DNA of 64,000 bases, taken from positions 82,657-146,656 of the forward strand of contig CASDYZ010000007.1 of NCBI GenBank assembly GCA_949285325.1, written 5' to 3'. Position numbers and translations under genes: made by a program. Position 1 is the stretch's first letter; each line of letters opens with the position of its first letter. The notes beneath the pieces were generated by a model that was not told the DNA's origin, ran no database searches, and saw nothing but the letters and a program-made list of their open reading frames with translations. Source of the stretch: an uncultured bacterium. Its GTDB lineage: Bacteria > Bacillota_I > Bacilli_A > RFN20 > CAG-826. Positions 62,575-64,000 of the stretch are shown here, piece by piece.

Positions 62575-62853
62575 ATTATTAATTATATCTTAATTCGACA
62601 CTTAAGTTTTCAAATTTAATCTAAATGCAAAATTTATATAATTTAGGATAAAAGAAACAAACGTCTATTTTTTATCTCCACCCCTTGTATATCAAAGCGT
62701 TCATCATATTTTTTGCTTGTCAAAATTATTAAAATTATTTATTATTAGAGTATAAATAAATTCATTTGTAATTTATTGAAAGCGCACTTAGGTAAAATAA
62801 GTGTTTATGATTTATTTCAATAAATCAAAATTTAATGAAAGGATGTTTAACAA

Positions 62854-63126
62854 ATGAACAAAACAGAATTAGTAAAAGCAGTTGCTGAAAAAGCTGGCGT
62901 CCAAATGAATGTCGCAGGCGAAGTCGTTTCAGCAGTAGTCGATGTCGTCGCCGACGCATTAAAAGCGGGCGAAGAAGTCGTCTTAGTCGGATTTGGCACA
63001 TTCAAAGTTGCTGAAAGAGCAGAAAGAGTCGCGCGTAACCCAAGAACAGGTGAAGCGCTCACCATCCCAGCCAGCCGTGTTCCTGTTTTCAAAGCTGGTA
63101 AAGGCTTAAAAGACGCGGTTAAATAA
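62854..63126 (+). CDS. hup: DNA-binding protein HU
   Basis: MNKTELVKAVAEKAG...GFGTFKVAERAERVARNPRTGEALTIPASRVPVFKAGKGLKDAV is the canonical HU/IHF fold sequence. A good RBS (AAAGGATG) precedes it. Confidence 0.95.
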   Translation: MNKTELVKAVAEKAGVQMNVAGEVVSAVVDVVADALKAGEEVVLVGFGTFKVAERAERVARNPRTGEALTIPASRVPVFKAGKGLKDAVK

Positions 63127-63145
63127 TTTAGTAAAACTACTTAAA

Positions 63146-63190
63146 GAGCCTCATTAATTTTAAAGTTAATTGAGGCTTTTCTTTTTGTTT
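63146..63190 (+). terminator. Rho-independent terminator of hup
   Basis: AGCCTCATTAA...TTAATTGAGGCT hairpin followed by TTTTCTTTTTGTTT. Confidence 0.7.
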
Positions 63191-63236
63191 AAAAAGCATT
63201 TTAAAATTGATTGTAAATAAATTACAATAAATACAT

Positions 63237-64000
63237 ATGGAAGATAACAGCATTTTAGAACCATTAAAAATGTATAATTCTTTATACAAAAATAAGGTTG
63301 ATCAAGAAGCAAAAAATTTTATTGATTCTTTAGTTAAACAAGCCTCTATCGATGAGCAGTTAAATCAAACGACAGTTAAAGAATACGATAAAGCGGTGGC
63401 TAAACAAAAGAAAGTTGGTAGCAAATTATCAACATTAAAAGGACTTAAAGGTTTCCTCATCTTTTTAACGGTTTTATTTTTTGTCGGCACCACAATTTGT
63501 GTACTGATTGGGATAGCTATGCCCGAGGTTAGAAACGAGGGGTTTAATTTAGGGATATTGATAATTGTTGGTGTCATTTGCTTGATACTTGGTATAGGGA
63601 TGATTTTAATTATTACTTTAAAACTCAATAAACAAATAAATGAACAAGACGCAAAATACAAAGAAATAACAAATAAAGTTAATGGATTATTAAGTCAATG
63701 TTACGCACAGGTAAAAGGGCTAAATGATTTATTTGATTGGAGGATGCCTCCTCGCATTATTAAAAAGGCTGTCCCGCTTCTACAATTTGATGATTATTTT
63801 GATGTCAGTAAACTTCAATATATGAACGATAAATATAATTTTGATGACTCAGGTGATAAAAATAGTTCAGTCGTATACGTTTTATCGGGCTCGATTGTCG
63901 GTAATCCTTTCTTAGTTATAAGGAGTCTAGACACTTATACTTATCAAAAAACATATACTGGTTCAATTACTATTTCTTGGGTGCAGACAGAATATCAAAA
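63237..64000 (+). CDS. Hypothetical membrane protein, 5' portion; it runs off the window end
   Basis: Open frame from the ATG at 63237 to the window end with no stop, so it is absent from the ORF track. Two clear TM helices (GFLIFLTVLFFVGTTICVLIGIA; LGILIIVGVICLILGIGMILIIT). The listed antisense ORF 63365-63661 is probably its shadow. Confidence 0.45.
   Translation, partial: MEDNSILEPLKMYNSLYKNKVDQEAKNFIDSLVKQASIDEQLNQTTVKEYDKAVAKQKKVGSKLSTLKGLKGFLIFLTVLFFVGTTICVLIGIAMPEVRNEGFNLGILIIVGVICLILGIGMILIITLKLNKQINEQDAKYKEITNKVNGLLSQCYAQVKGLNDLFDWRMPPRIIKKAVPLLQFDDYFDVSKLQYMNDKYNFDDSGDKNSSVVYVLSGSIVGNPFLVIRSLDTYTYQKTYTGSITISWVQTEYQ

Noticed and set aside
62854-63126. Locally elevated GC in hup as a sign of horizontal transfer
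   Set aside because: The GC excess is explained by the Ala/Val/Gly-rich HU composition and C-ending codons. Other highly expressed core genes here (gyrB, dnaA) use these too.
63365-63661. 98-aa minus-strand ORF
   Set aside because: It is antisense to a longer plus-strand open frame (63237 to window end) that encodes a plausible two-TM membrane protein.

Overview
This window covers the chromosomal replication origin of an AT-rich, low-GC Gram-positive-type (Bacillota / Mollicutes-like) genome. Its long ORFs need no UGA read-through, so it reads with the standard code (table 11). The left ~38 kb is core genome. On the minus strand lie ispE (partial), rsmA, rnmV, tatD, mnmE, jag, yidC, rnpA and rpmH. 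An oriC follows, with a DnaA-box cluster, then dnaA, a second DnaA-box/AT-rich unwinding element, dnaN, yaaA, recF, gyrB and gyrA on the plus strand. Further core genes are serS, a lipoprotein GH13 alpha-amylase, an SRP RNA immediately upstream of tadA, a P-type ATPase, psuG, a TetR regulator, tldD/pmbA, rpmE, metG and rlmD. Two large Endonuclease-I-domain surface proteins also sit in this stretch. From about 38.5 kb to 62.6 kb, between rlmD and hup, the content switches to an accessory defence-island-like block. It holds a MazG-like NTP pyrophosphohydrolase, a NERD protein, a DUF2075 (Schlafen-like) ATPase and a 1480-aa sacsin/GHKL ATPase with a DUF3883 nuclease-like C-terminus. A tightly linked triplet follows: a 1262-aa UvrD-like SF1 helicase with a RelE/ParE-like segment, a small acidic coiled-coil protein, and a DEDDh 3'-5' exonuclease. 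The island continues with a membrane-anchored XRE regulator and a minus-strand operon (lipoprotein, helical two-TM protein, PP2C phosphatase). It ends with a frameshifted third Endonuclease-I lipoprotein paralog and a 1032-aa Upf1-like helicase with a Vsr/DUF559-like C-terminal domain (Hhe/Nhi-like). The helicase / coiled-coil / exonuclease triplet is the best candidate for an undescribed system. The GHKL-DUF3883 plus DUF2075 pair and the PP2C operon are the next candidates. No CRISPR array, tRNA, rRNA, transposase or integrase was recognised.
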